Shown in pieces: positions 14,071 through 26,519 of a stretch of DNA of 64,000 bases (positions are counted from its first letter, which is position 1; each line of letters begins with the position of its first letter). A model generated the notes under the pieces. It was not told the origin of the DNA, ran no database searches, and saw only the letters and a program-made list of their open reading frames with translations. This DNA comes from Eledone cirrhosa. Taxonomy: Eukaryota. Made by a program: the position numbers and the translations under genes. The stretch spans positions 11,656,001 through 11,720,000 of the forward strand of contig OZ024754.1 in NCBI GenBank assembly GCA_964016885.1, in the 5' to 3' direction.

Positions 14071-14460
14071 GTTTCTACTTTTGGCATAAGGCCAGCAAAT
14101 ACCCAGTACATTACTGGTACTTTATTTTATCGACCCCATAAGGATGAAAGGCAAAGTTAACCTTGGCGGGATTTGAACTTAAACCATAAAGGGCTGCAAT
14201 ACTTTGCTGCAAAGCATGGCGGCCGACCCTCTCCCGATAATGCCAATCCACCGCCCTAATATATATATATAATTGTTTCTACTTTATGCACAAGGCCAGC
14301 AATTACCCAGTGCATTACTGGTACTTTATTTTATCGACCCCGTAAGGATGAAAGGCAAAGTTAACCTCGGCGGGATTTGAACTCAGATCGTAAAGGGACG
14401 TAACTCTGCTGGAAAGCATGGCGTCCGACCCTCTCCCGATACTGCCAATCCACCGCCCTA
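14068..14460 (-). mobile_element. Two young tandem tRNA-SINE copies
   Basis: Full-length copies (~190 bp each) with intact A/B boxes. Confidence 0.9.
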
Positions 14461-14484
14461 ATATATATATATAATTATATACGA

Positions 14485-15316
14485 ACAGCAATGCTACATG
14501 GCAGTAAGACATGAGCATTGTGTGCAGAGGACCTGCACAGACTGGAAAGGAACGAAGCATGCATGTTCCGTTGGATGTGTAATAGTAATATACGTGAACG
14601 GCAAAGCATAAATGAACTAAGTGAGAAATTAGGACTAAGAGGGATCAGATGCTGTTTACTTGAGAGAAGACTACGTTGGTATGGTCACGTGAAGCGCATG
14701 AAAGATGACAGCTGTATAAAAAAGTGCAGGGCGATCAAAATTGATGGAAGTTACGGAGTAGGTAGTCCCAGAAAAACCCGGGACGATTTGATAAATTCCG
14801 ACCTTACACACTTGCACCTCTCTAAGACAATGTCACTGGACCGAGATCTTTGGCACTACGCACTAATACAGAAGACCCACCTTGCCTATGTACAAAGTGA
14901 AACCTACAGTCAGTAGGCACCTCTTAACCAAATATACACCCCAATCCACTACCCCTACTCCATCCTCCCACTCCCACCAAACCACCCTCTCTCTGTAAAG
15001 TTGGTACCACAACATCCAGTCCAAATAAATGAGATAATGAGATCGAGATTGAGATCGTGTAGGTGTCACAACAAAAAAAACCCACACAGTCCACGCTGTA
15101 ATGTAGCTGTGTAGGTAACCCGGTAAAAATTTCCCAGTCCACACTGTAAATGTGGTGAGTGTTAGGCAGGGCATCCAGCCGTATAAAACCTGCCAGATAC
15201 AGTCCTATATGAGCGAGACACGGTCACCCGACCAACCTTGCCTCAAATTGGGACAACTCCCATCTAACCCATGCTAGCGTGGAAGAAGGACGTTAAACGA
15301 TGATGATGATGATGAT
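14485..15316 (+). mobile_element. 5'-truncated RTE LINE (ORF C-terminus, 3'UTR and (GAT)n tail)
   Basis: ORF 14518..14916 (LERNEACMFRWMC...ERRLRWYGHV...G.P.KT.D) is homologous to the C-terminus of ORF 28607..31552. Confidence 0.9.
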
Positions 15317-15501
15317 ACAAAGAGGGTGTGGTAAGATACCAGGTGGACCATAATGCACCAGAGTACTCAATAGTTAGGGTTGTAGAGTGGGTAATAGGAA
15401 AAGAGTTCGAATCTAGCCCTCGAAATGGCCGGGACTCAGCCGTTGGGGTCCTGACTCTTTTCCTATATAATATGATATATATATATATAATACATAATAT
15501 A

Positions 15502-15985
15502 TCTAAACTATAATAAAGTAAGGAGTGCGGGACTGCATACAGTTTATTTCTTTTAATGCAGTTAGTAAAATAAGTTGGATTACTTTGAATAAATAATGAA
15601 TGAATATTACATAATTTATCTACTAAATTTTATGGCTGTTGATTAAATATATTTTATTGCTTATTTAAAGATTCACTTTTTTTTTATTTTCAAATATCAA
15701 CACTCCCGGTTAGCGATCGCTTAAATAAACATTAATATATTTCCGTCACTAATTTTCTCCTAATGCAGTTTATATATAATATCGTCTTTTTTTAATGTAT
15801 CATGGATTACGTAACTGATTACATAAGACAGTGTAACGTAGTCTTCATTCAATTCCTGTGTATATTGTCCATTACGATTTTATTTGATGTATCATATCTA
15901 CATGTATATATACCTGCGTATAATATCCATATGCACACTACACATGCCAGCAGAAAAACCACCCCAAGGGTGGTTTTTCTGCTAG
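15502..15985 (+). mobile_element. Non-autonomous Helitron
   Basis: 5' A|TCTAAACTATAATAAAG; 3' hairpin AGCAGAAAAACCACCC-CAA-GGGTGGTTTTTCTGCT ending CTAG|T. An internal segment (15665-15710) is shared with the 56898-58481 Helitron. Confidence 0.8.
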
Positions 15986-16070
15986 TATATATAAGTATAT
16001 AATCATGGGAACACACACAGCCACATGCGAATATGGACAAATAACCATACACACACACATATATATATAT

Positions 16071-16111
<41 letters not shown>

Positions 16112-16289
16112 CTCCTGCATATCCTCACCACATCCACACACATACTCACATGCATATTCATACACATACATATACGCACAAACACGTACACACAGACACC
16201 CAGACATACACCCACACATATATATATATATATATACATACAGTTTATATATATATATATATATAATATAATATATTTATATACAACTT

Positions 16290-16609
16290 TGATAGGTTTC
16301 GGCCAGTATTGGTCCAGGCCATACCTAACTTAACACCACTTGGCGAAGTTTTTCAAATCAGTATTTGGACACCATGGCCCACTCAAGTAGAGAGTTATTG
16401 TTTACGGAGACAAATCCAAGTGTAGGAGCATTATCCGGGATTTCTCCTAAGACTTCTTGAACTTTATGGGGTCTGATTGTGTTTTGGTGTAAAGAAAGTG
16501 AGGCCAATTGAGGTGAGATAATTGTGCCGTATTGTTGTTATGTGATGAAAGTGTGATCTTTGTCGTAGGCGGATAGCAAGGAGCAATGCTGATGGAATAT
16601 TTCCACTGC

Positions 16610-16610
<1 letters not shown>
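16290..16610 (-). mobile_element. Decayed CR1/L2-group LINE 3' end
   Basis: Minus frame IPDNAPTLGFVSVNNNSLLEWA resembles the PD.P...GY...N.NSLLDW terminus of CR1/L2-group ORF2. Confidence 0.5.
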
Positions 16611-16640
<30 letters not shown>

Positions 16641-16770
16641 AAGGTGCATGGCTAAGTGGTTAGAGCATTGGGCTTGCAATTGAAAAGTTGTGAGTTCAAT
16701 TCTCGGATCGGGTGATCCTTGAGCAAGACACTTTATTTCACATTGCTCCGGTTTACTCAGCTGTAGAAAT
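16641..16770 (+). mobile_element. Second tRNA-derived SINE family
   Basis: TGGCTAAGTGGTTAGAGC A-box, GAGTTCAATTC B-box and TCCTTGAGCAAGACACTT core. Related copies at ~25030-25130, ~38728-38770 and ~43097-43250. Confidence 0.7.
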
Positions 16771-16789
16771 GAGATGATAGGACAGGGGT

Positions 16790-17066
16790 ACCTATCATTC
16801 CACTGCAAAGTGGTCGTGGAGGTGCCACGGCAAAAAACACCCAGCCCACACTGTAAAGTGGACATGTAGGCACCACGGAAAAAAAGCACCCAGCACTCAC
16901 TGTAAATGAGGTTGGTGTTAGGAAGGGCATCCAGCTGTAGAAATCAAGCCAGAATCAGTTCCCGTATGAGCAAGACAAGGTCAGCCGACTGGACACTGCC
17001 CACAACAGGACAACCTGTCTAACCCATGCTAGCATGGAAGAACGGACGTAAAATGATGATGATGAT
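16790..17066 (+). mobile_element. RTE 3'UTR fragment with (GAT)n tail
   Basis: Matches the 3'UTR of the 28301-31570 element. Similar 3' ends at ~19260-19600(-), 20295-20510(+), 22110-22295(+), 22320-22710(+), 22930-23060(+), 25755-26070(-), 32200-32410(+), 41810-42015(-) and 62985-63120(+). Confidence 0.85.
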
Positions 17067-17798
17067 ATATATAATCTTTCCTTCCACAACACTACCATAC
17101 AACAAAATACAACAAATCTAAACAAGACAAAACACACAACACAAAGAAGCTAGTTAAAATTAGACTGACATGAAAAAAAAAAAAAAAAAATGCTTCATAC
17201 CAGAGAACTTTTAACTTAATACTAAGTTCACACAATGCCAGAGACAAGATAAAATATATAAAATGTTTCCTTACGCAACCCTATTCAACAACACATAAAA
17301 TTTAAAATTAAAAGCACAACAGAAAAGAAGAGATCTTAGTGCACACATTATCAGAAGACCGATATAATATTTCAGATTGAAGCTCTGACATTTGATATAT
17401 TTATGGATTTCTGAGATTTACAGATCATTATCAACATAAACTTTCAAGTTTATCATACATATTAAAAATATATATCCAGCAATCAGTTTACCCCCTTTTC
17501 TTTTTCTGCATGTGTGCATGTGTTTGGGTGTGTGTGAGGTAGATGATCACCTGCTGAGGATGTATTGCAGTGTCCAGTTATGATCAGAGGATGTATTACA
17601 GTGTCCAGTTATGATCAGACTGTAGTCCAGGTTTATATGATACACAATTATCACAAACATGCACAGCCATTTTACTTACATAATAACAGTGTGTACTCTA
17701 AGTTATAAGTCTGTATTTTCTCATGTACAAATCTTATATCATGGAGTGAGTAAGGAATGGTTGAGGCTGCACAGATTCTCTTTGGCTAGCTTCATAAA

Positions 17799-17843
<45 letters not shown>

Positions 17844-20110
17844 GCATGTATACATACGTATGCATGCATTCATTCATTCCCATTCCTTTTTGTTAATTAT
17901 TAATAGAAACAATTAGATTTTAGTGTTATAATATAATAGAATTAGATTGTTAGTTTGAAAACAAAATGAAATTGTGTTATAAAGAAGGTATTAGTATGAA
18001 ATAAATATAGCAATGTAAATCTAAAAATTAGTAAGAACAACACTTTTAGTTGAAAAAAACACATGCCAACTAATATTAATATTAATTGTGTCAAATTTCC
18101 AGTCAATTATATTTAATATATTTATACACACAATAATATATATATACACACATTTTTATTTAATATATGTACACACATTTATATTTAATATATATACACA
18201 CATTTATATTTAATATATATATACACACATTTACATTTAATATATATATACACACATTTACATTTAATATATATATACACATATTTACATTTAATATATA
18301 TATACACACATATTTAATATATATACACACACCTATATTTAATATATATATACACACCTATATTTAATATATATATACACACCTATATTTAATATATATA
18401 TACACACATATTTAATATATATATACACACATATTTAATATATATATACACACATATTTAATATATATATACACACATATTTAATATATATATATACACA
18501 CATATTTAATATATATATACACACATATTTAATATATATATACACACATATTTAATATATATATAACACATTTATATTTAATATATATATTAAATATGTG
18601 TTATATATTAAATATAAATGTAAGTGTTATATATATATTAAATATAAATAACACTTACATTTATATTTAATATATATATAACACATTTATATTTAATATA
18701 TATACACACACTTATATTTAATATATATATATACACAGTTACACTTATAATTAATATATAAAACATTTACACTTATATTTTATATATATATATATGTAAC
18801 ACTTACACTTTCATTTAATATATATATATAACACTTACGTTTCAAATTTAGAAGCTATAATTCTAAAGAAAAAAACTGGATAATCCATGTTACGTATAAC
18901 CATTGGCCAAGAGTTCAACTTTTATTGGAATTTTAACCAATTTCTTTTCTATATTTCCTTATTAATCCTTTATAAGAACTCACCAGCTGTAGCAAGGGCA
19001 CAATAACCTTTCTAGTACAGGTGATTTACACAATATATGCACCCAATACACACCCATTACACTCTAGTAAAGTGATTTGTGATAGAAAACTTGCCAAACA
19101 AATTGGAAGGATTCTTCAGTTGCATCAAAGGCATGACAACCTCCCTAATGTTGCGACCATGATAAAATAGACTCGATAGAGCATGAGAACATTTTGTCAG
19201 CAACACGATAAAGTCAACATTACCAGACTAACAGTCGAGACCAAACAGTTTGTGTAGCATCATTATCACTGTTTAATGTCTATTTTCCATGCTTGTCTAG
19301 GTTAGACAGGTTGTCATGTACTAAGGCTAGACTGGTCGAATGACCACATCTTGCTAGTAAACTTCATTTGGGGCTTAGTTTCGACAACTGGATGCCCTTT
19401 CAAATGTCAACCACTTTATAGCATGTACTGGGAGCATTTTAATGTGACAGACACTACTACCTTACAGAGTGAACAGGTGCTTTTTATCATGGCACCAGTA
19501 CTACCACCTTACATGATGGACTGGGGTCTTTTTATCATAGCACCAGCAGTACCACCTTACCAGGGGGACTGGGAGCTTTTTATCATGGCACCAGCACTAA
19601 ACCTACCACCTTAAAAATAATATAAGACAACAACAACAGTTCACTAAGCTAAAGTAATTCAAACTTCAGAGGCCATAACAAGATGCATCAAAGATAAAAT
19701 AGAAAAATTATAGGTAAAAAGTAATAGTTGCATCAGCTGTCAATTGTAAATCGTTGGAAACAAAATGACATTTAGAGCAAATGACATGTACCTGTTGGTT
19801 TTTCAATTAAAAAATAAAGCAAAAAACATTAATTAAATAGTCAAGAAATTAAACAAGAAATAAAATATTTCTGACAGAGGAGAAAAAAAGGGGGGAATAA
19901 CTAAGAAGAAATTAAATAAAACCAAGAAAAAAACTTTAAAAAAAAACAAGAAATTTTTTTTTATCAAATTGATATTCTAAATAATGATAAAAACCATTTA
20001 TACATATATATCTATCTACTTTTCCATATTATAATAAAATATAAATATAATAATGTGAATAATAAACACAATACACTGGATTAGCAGAATTAAATTAAGA
20101 ATTGAGTTAC

Positions 20111-20239
20111 CTCTTCGAAAAAGTTCTGTGTTTTGCGCAGTATATGTCTAAGTTCTGTCAATTCCAGAAAATTCCGCTTCAAAGCCTCAGCATTTGCATT
20201 GATCTCTTTCATTTCATTTTCAAGCTTCTCAAAAGTTGC
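20111..20239 (-). CDS. ATP6V0A1: V-ATPase subunit a, coding exon 4 (ATFEKLENEMKEINANAEALKRNFLELTELRHILRKTQNFFEE)
   Basis: 129 nt; ctttctgcag acceptor and GTAACT donor; lies within ORF 20090..20350; conserved coiled-coil segment. Confidence 0.97.
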
Positions 20240-20509
20240 CTGCAGAAAGGAGACAAATACATAAAGAATGAAATAACAAATAATTAAAAACAAAGTGCCA
20301 GGAAGTCCCAGTAGAAGGAAGACGTAGTAGAGGTAGACCACGAAAAACATGGGCGGAGGTAGAGAGAGCAGACCTCAGATCGCTGAAACTCACCGAGGAG
20401 ATGACAAAGGACCGTGACAAGTGGAGAGATGGTGTGCTGAATAGGACATGTCCAACCCTTGCAAGCAGGGAAAAACGGACATAAAATGATGATAATGATG
20501 ATAATGATG

Positions 20510-21162
20510 ATGGTATCTTGGTATCACTCAGACCTTTGTCAGCTGCTCTCCAGCCATCTATTTAAAGCTGTATATAGCTGTGGTGCGACCGCACTTAGAA
20601 TTTTCATCACCAGTCTGGAACCCCTATCTTGCTCAGAATATTGACCTCCTGGAAAATGTTCAGAGATGTGCAACCAAGTGAATGCCCTCCATAAGGCATC
20701 TACCATACTCTGAGCACCTTGCTTCCCTGGGCATGGATACATTGAAGCTCCGATGTCTGGCAACTGACTTGGTAAACACCCACAAAATTATTACCCATCT
20801 TAGCAAAAACAGCCCTGAGCACCTTTTTGAATTCCATATGTCTAACACCCATAAACAAGCCTACAAAGTCAGAAAACAGCACAGCTACCATGACTTTCGG
20901 AAACATTTTTTCACACTCAGAGTTGCTGAAGCATGGAAGAAACTACCTGCATCCTTCAAAAGTTGCATGCTTCCCAAAATTCATCAACACTACATCAGAT
21001 ATTCCCCCTCCATACACATGCATGTATCTGAGTGTATATCATGACTCGTACACTGTTCACTTTCCTGACATTTGTACATTATTCTATGTACTATACATGT
21101 ACCTTTGATGAGTTGTAGTGCACCTGAGCACTGTACACAATAATTTCATTATTATTATTATT
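20510..21162 (+). mobile_element. CR1 LINE 3' fragment
   Basis: ORF 20682..21044 (LPYSEHLASLGMDTLKLRCLATDL...RKHFFTLRVAEAWKKLP) is the CR1 ORF2 C-terminus; the 3'UTR ends in (ATT)n. Confidence 0.9.
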
Positions 21163-21167
21163 AAGAT

Positions 21168-21363
21168 AGGCGGTGGATTGGCAGTATCAGTAGAGGGTCG
21201 GACGCCATGCTTTCCAGCATAGTCATGTCCCTTTACGATCTGAGTTCAAATCCCGCCGAGGTTGACTTTGCCTTTCATCCTTATGGGGTTGATAAAATAA
21301 AGTACCAGTAATGCACTGGATAATTGCTGGCCTTGTGCCTAAAGTAGAAACAATTATTATTAT
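21168..21363 (+). mobile_element. Full-length tRNA-SINE (plus orientation)
   Basis: GGCGGTGGATTGGCAGTATCAG...GAGTTCAAATCCCGCCGAGG...(ATT)n. Other plus copies at ~38490-38720 and 62686-62871. Confidence 0.9.
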
Positions 21364-21478
21364 TAAAAGAGAAACAGAACTCTGAATTTGAAACTGAAAT
21401 ACCAAACTGGAAAGTAGTCTCAGAAGGTACCAACCATCCAACCCATGTCAGTATGGAACACATGCATTAAAGTGATGA

Positions 21479-21553
21479 CACTGTACGGCTTAATTCGGGA
21501 TGTTTGTTTACAAACACACCGAGCATTATAATAAATGTTCGGTGAATCCATAC

Positions 21554-21588
<35 letters not shown>

Positions 21589-22085
21589 CATGTATATATA
21601 TATATACATACTACTGTACGTCTGTATACATATATGTATGTATGTATACATACTTATATTTAAGTAACAGCCGTACTAAGAGTGAGAAATGAAATTTCGT
21701 TTCATTTTTTCCGTTTATCGTTTTCGGTGCGCCCGGCCGATTAACTCACTCGATATGCAAATTAGGCTGCTCAGCCGTTAATATGCATAAGGAAAGTATA
21801 TACTTTCAGACGTTCAATCATCTGGCAGGAAGGTATACGGTGCTGACGATAGCTAATAAGCTTGAAACTAGTACAGCGTTCCTTTGTCAGTGTTGAACAA
21901 ATGAGCAACGATGGTTGCTAGACATTGTAGAGGCTTAATTCGGCATGTTTGTTTACAAACACACCGAGCATTGTAAAAAATGTTCGGTGAATCCATACAT
22001 ACATATATATATGTGTACATGTATGTATATATATATACATACTACTGTATGTCTGTATACATATATATGTACGTATACATACTTA
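21479..22085 (+). mobile_element. Penelope-type pseudo-LTR / retrozyme-like element with direct repeats and a hammerhead
   Basis: ~170-bp direct repeats (21479-21660 and 21922-22085) flank a segment containing a minimal hammerhead. Part of it recurs inverted at ~60320-60420. Confidence 0.6.
21837..21879 (+). ncRNA. Minimal type I hammerhead ribozyme
   Basis: acggtg-CUGACGA-u-AGCU-aaua-AGCU-u-GAAAC-UA-GUA^cagcgu: intact core, 4-bp stem II, palindromic ACUAGU stem III and stem I with one mismatch. Confidence 0.7.
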
Positions 22086-24102
22086 TATATATATATATAT
22101 ATATATATATCTGTAAATGAGGTTGGTGTTAGGAAGGGTATCCAGCTGTAGAAATCAAGCCAGAATCAGTTCCTGTATGAAGAACAAGGCATGGTCAGCC
22201 GACCGGACACTGCCCACAACAGGACAACCCATCTAGCCCATGCTAGCGTGGAAGAATGGATGTAAAACGGTGATGATGATGATGATGATGATGATATATA
22301 TATATATACTTCATCACTTTAATGCCTGTGTTCTATACTGACAAGGCGATGACATAGGACTGTGACCTCTGGCGTCACGCAGTAATACAGAAGACCCGAT
22401 TTCCCACGGGAACAAGCCGACGCTGAAACATATAGACAATATGCCCCCACGCCCTCCCACTGCAAAGTGGTCGTGGAGGTGTCACGACAGAAAAGCACCC
22501 AGCCCACACTGTAAAGTGGACGTGTAGGCGCCACGGAAAAAAAGCAGCCAGCACTCACTGTAAATGAGGTTGGTGTTAGGAAGGGCATCCAGCTGTAGAA
22601 ATCAAGCCAGAATCAGTTCCCGTATGAGCACTGCCCACAACAGGACAACCCGTCTAACCCATGCTAGCATGGAAGAATGGACGTAAAACGGTGATGATGA
22701 TGATGATGATATATATATATATTCACCAGGGTACTCGATAGTAGAGTATGGTTATATGAATGAGTCAGGACCCCGACAGCTGAGCTCCTGCTGTTTCAAC
22801 AGCTAATTCCAGACTGGAACTAGCTGTTGAAATCTCAATGACAAGTACATTGAGGATGCATATGCCTCTGGAATGCTCAGCCACTTACACCTTAATTTCA
22901 TGAGAAGATGCTTCTGTAGATTAAATTAACTGTAGAAACCAAGCCAGAAACAGTTCTGTATGAGCAAGACATGGTCACCTGATCTGGCTTGTCTCACAAC
23001 AGGACAACTTGTCTAACTCGTGCTAGCATGGAAAATGGATGTTAAACGCTGATGATGATGTACACACACACACACACACACACATACACACTAGAAATTT
23101 GTATGAATTGCTTCCCTTGACACTGTAATATGTATTAAGGAAAGATTACTCTATTGGTGACATAATGCACCTAGAGCGTGCTGAAGATTAAACTAATATT
23201 TTTCTTCATTGTACTATGCTGTTTGCTTTATTTCTATTTACTTTACAAGTATATACAAATATACACTTTGTTAGAATTGTGAGGCAAATTTTGCTCGATA
23301 CACGCTCAAACCATATCTCACTGAGTGAGTAATTGTGAGCAAACTGGATTATAGCAAATATTTCCTCGTCAATATATATATTTATATATATACACACACA
23401 CATACACATATATATATACACACACATACACAGCCACCCACACATCTGTATCCACACAACAGCTGCTCCTTCCTCTATTACAGAACTGTAAATGTCATTA
23501 ATGCCTAATATAAGCCACTCCACTCGTTATTTTAACAACTAAACTTAATACAATACTCTCTCAGTTGTTACATTCAAAGATCAATTAAAAGCAAAAAACA
23601 CACTGGCTACTAATAAATGATGGAAGGTGGGGCATACAATCATAGAAAGCTTGCAAAAGGGTTGAGAAGACCCTACAGTTATGTTAAGGACATGACAACC
23701 TCCCTACACAATAAAAACAATAAAATATGTTGACAAAAAAACAAAAACTACTGGGGTGAAAATATGGTTGACTAAATTCATTTGAAAGTAGTGCCCCAGT
23801 ATGGCCTCAGTCTAATAACTAAAACATGTAAAAACATATTTAAAAAGAAAAGATAAAAAAGTATCAGCAACAAAACTATACTAAAATGAATTTGAAATAA
23901 ATAAGTTGACATATACTTAATTAGATGAGCTCCATTGAAATTATATATAACAAAAGAGTCAGAGCTAGCACAGCTGATAGCTTGTTGGCTGAACAACTAA
24001 ACAAAAAAAAAAAATCAATAATCTTTATTGATTGATTTTGCACTGCTTCTGAAGTAGTTAAAAAAAAAAAATTCTGATTGGTTCAGTTCAACTGAGAGAA
24101 AA

Positions 24103-24793
24103 GAAGTACAGCTCACTATGTAGGTATCAAATAGAGTGTCTATACATGGCAGGGAGGAAAGGTTCACAGGCTGACTATGATGGAGTGATGCTAGAGCTGT
24201 GAAAGTACAGCTCACTATGTAGGTATCAAATAGAGTGTATACACATGGCAGGGATGAAAGGTTCATAGGCTGACTATGATGGAGTGATGCTAGGGCTGTG
24301 AAAGTACAGTTCACTATGTATCAAATAGAGTGTATACACATGGCAGGGAGGAAAGGTTCATAGGCTGACTATGATGGAGTGATGCTAGAGCTGTGAAAGT
24401 ACAGCTCACTATATAGGTATCAAATAGAGTGTATATACATGGGTGGGATGAAAGGTTCATAGGCTGACTATGATGGAGTGATGCTAGGGCTGTGAAAGTA
24501 CAGTTCACTATGTAGGTATCAAATAGAGTGTATATACATGGCAGGGATGAAAGGTTCATAGGCTGACTATGATGGAGTGATGCTAGAGCTGTGAAAGTAC
24601 AGCTCACTATGTAGGTATCAAATAGAGTGTATATACATGGCAGGGAGGAAAGGTTCATAGGCTGACTATGATGGAGTGATGCTAGAGCTGTGAAAGTACA
24701 GCTCACTATATAGGTATCAAATAGAGTGTATATACATGGGTGGGATGAAAGGTTCATAGGCTGACTATGAAAGAGTGATGCTAGGGCTGTGAA
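24103..24793. repeat. 99-bp minisatellite (~7 copies)
   Basis: Unit GAAAGTACAGCTCACTATGTAGGTATCAAATAGAGTG...GATGCTAGAGCTGT; gives 33-aa repeats in ORFs 24015/24314. Confidence 0.9.
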
Positions 24794-25494
24794 ATCTTGC
24801 ATACATTGATTTCAACTATTCTTATTAATAACTGCATGGTTTCTTTTCAGGGACTATGTTGAAAAATAAATCTCATTTGGTCATTCCATGAGAGTATCTT
24901 GGTCAGTCTATAAATTTGTTCAGCTGATCCTTGTATGAAGTACAGTTCATTAAATATGCAACAAATTGAGTGTATATATGAAGGACAGCTCACTATATAT
25001 ATATAAGCAATAGAGTGTAAATTTGTTGTTGGACCTCAGTCGGTGTTCAGCTCATGATCATAAGATTGTGAGTTCAATTCCTGGTGGTGTGTTGAGTCCT
25101 TGAGCAAAACACTTTATTTCATGTTACACATAATGGCAACGTTTGTTTTGTTTATGATTTTAGGGCTTTTTAATGAAGCTGATCTGAGTAACCTATGGAA
25201 AACCATCACCATAAGGTGGAGGAAGATGCTTGGCCACTTGCTACACACACGCCCACAAAGAGACTAGTGAGAGCCTCCCCCTAGTGTAAGCCAGGAGGAG
25301 ATGAAACAAACCCATGAAAACCTGGTTGAGGTCTGTGGAGTAATAAATGGTAGACACATGCCTGCCATTGCATGGGAGCAGGCCAGTGACTGAGATTGCA
25401 TCCAAATATGTGTGTGTGTGGGGGGGGGGGGTTTGAAGATTTCTCATCATCCAAAGTTTCATCTGAAGAAAAAGAAAAGGAATGTCATATTTAC

Positions 25495-25592
25495 CTCTAA
25501 ATCAATCATTTCTCTGGGTACTGGTGCATCAGGATTGTCCCCTGTGTCAAGCATGGGAATTGCATCTTTTTTAATTTCTTTCTCCAGAAAAC
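25495..25592 (-). CDS. ATP6V0A1: V-ATPase subunit a, coding exon 3 (FLEKEIKKDAIPMLDTGDNPDAPVPREMIDLE)
   Basis: 98 nt; gtcttcag acceptor and GTAAAT donor; completes the split Arg codon (C|GT); PREMIDLE motif. Confidence 0.96.
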
Positions 25593-26519
25593 CTGAAGAC
25601 AAATAAAATATAAACAATGTACATAAACCAAATTCTTGGACATTTAAGAGCTGACAAAAATCTATATATAATGGTCAATGGCAACTTCTTTGTCCATTTA
25701 TTAAGAATCCTCACCCTATTTCATAGCATCTATGCACTTCAGCACATCATTATATCATCATCATCATCATCATCGTTTAACGTCCATCTTCCACGCTTGC
25801 ATGGGTTTGGATGGGAGTTTTCCCACTTGAGGCAAGATTGGTGGTCTTGCTCGTATAGGACTGTCTGGCGGGTTTACTACGGCTGGATGCCCTTCCTAAC
25901 ACCAACCATGTTTACAGTGTGGACTGGGAGGTTTTTACCGTGTTACCTACGCGGCCACATTACAGCGTGGACTGTGTTTTTTTTCGTGACACCTACACGA
26001 CCTCATTCATTTCAGACTGGATGTTGTGGTACCAACATAACTTTACATCGAAAGGGGTGGTGGGACGGGGGTGTATTTTATATATACATACTAGCTGAAT
26101 TATCCGTGCCTTGTTGCGTTTCACACATTTTTTTTGTAAGAAAATGATGATTGATTTTAAATCAGTGATATAATTTATGGAGAAAAACTCTGCATTCAAT
26201 ATTACTCAATGTAAAATGTAATGCATGAAAAATTGGAAAACATTATTTTTTGTAATATATCAAATCAAAATTACATTATTAAATCTTATTCTTATCTTGT
26301 TTCTTGTAAATAATTTTTTTAAAAATATCAATTCAAAACTTTTGTGAATAGGCATCATATCGTGTCCTTTACCTATGGTTTAAATTTCATATAAATTGAA
26401 GGGAAAAAAATTTTCAGCAGGGGTTTGTGCCTCCAGGGAACCCTAATAGGGGGTTTAACCCCCATTAGGGTGTCTTAATATTATTGAAATTTGCTGTATA
26501 AATGTCTGGAAAATGAACA

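Noticed and set aside
14068-14460. tRNA-like A/B boxes as tRNA genes
   Set aside because: No cloverleaf; they are heads of a multicopy SINE.
17545-17560. cctcag|CAG|gtgatc, a possible 3-nt exon
   Set aside because: Weak donor, and it lies in a small local tandem duplication.
20240-20350. Hydrophobic N-terminal extension of ORF 20090..20350
   Set aside because: It is intronic read-through upstream of the ctgcag acceptor and overlaps an RTE fragment.
24015-24802. 33-aa repeat ORFs on the gene strand
   Set aside because: They arise from a 99-bp minisatellite, with no convincing splice sites or protein similarity, and exons 3 and 4 already join in frame.
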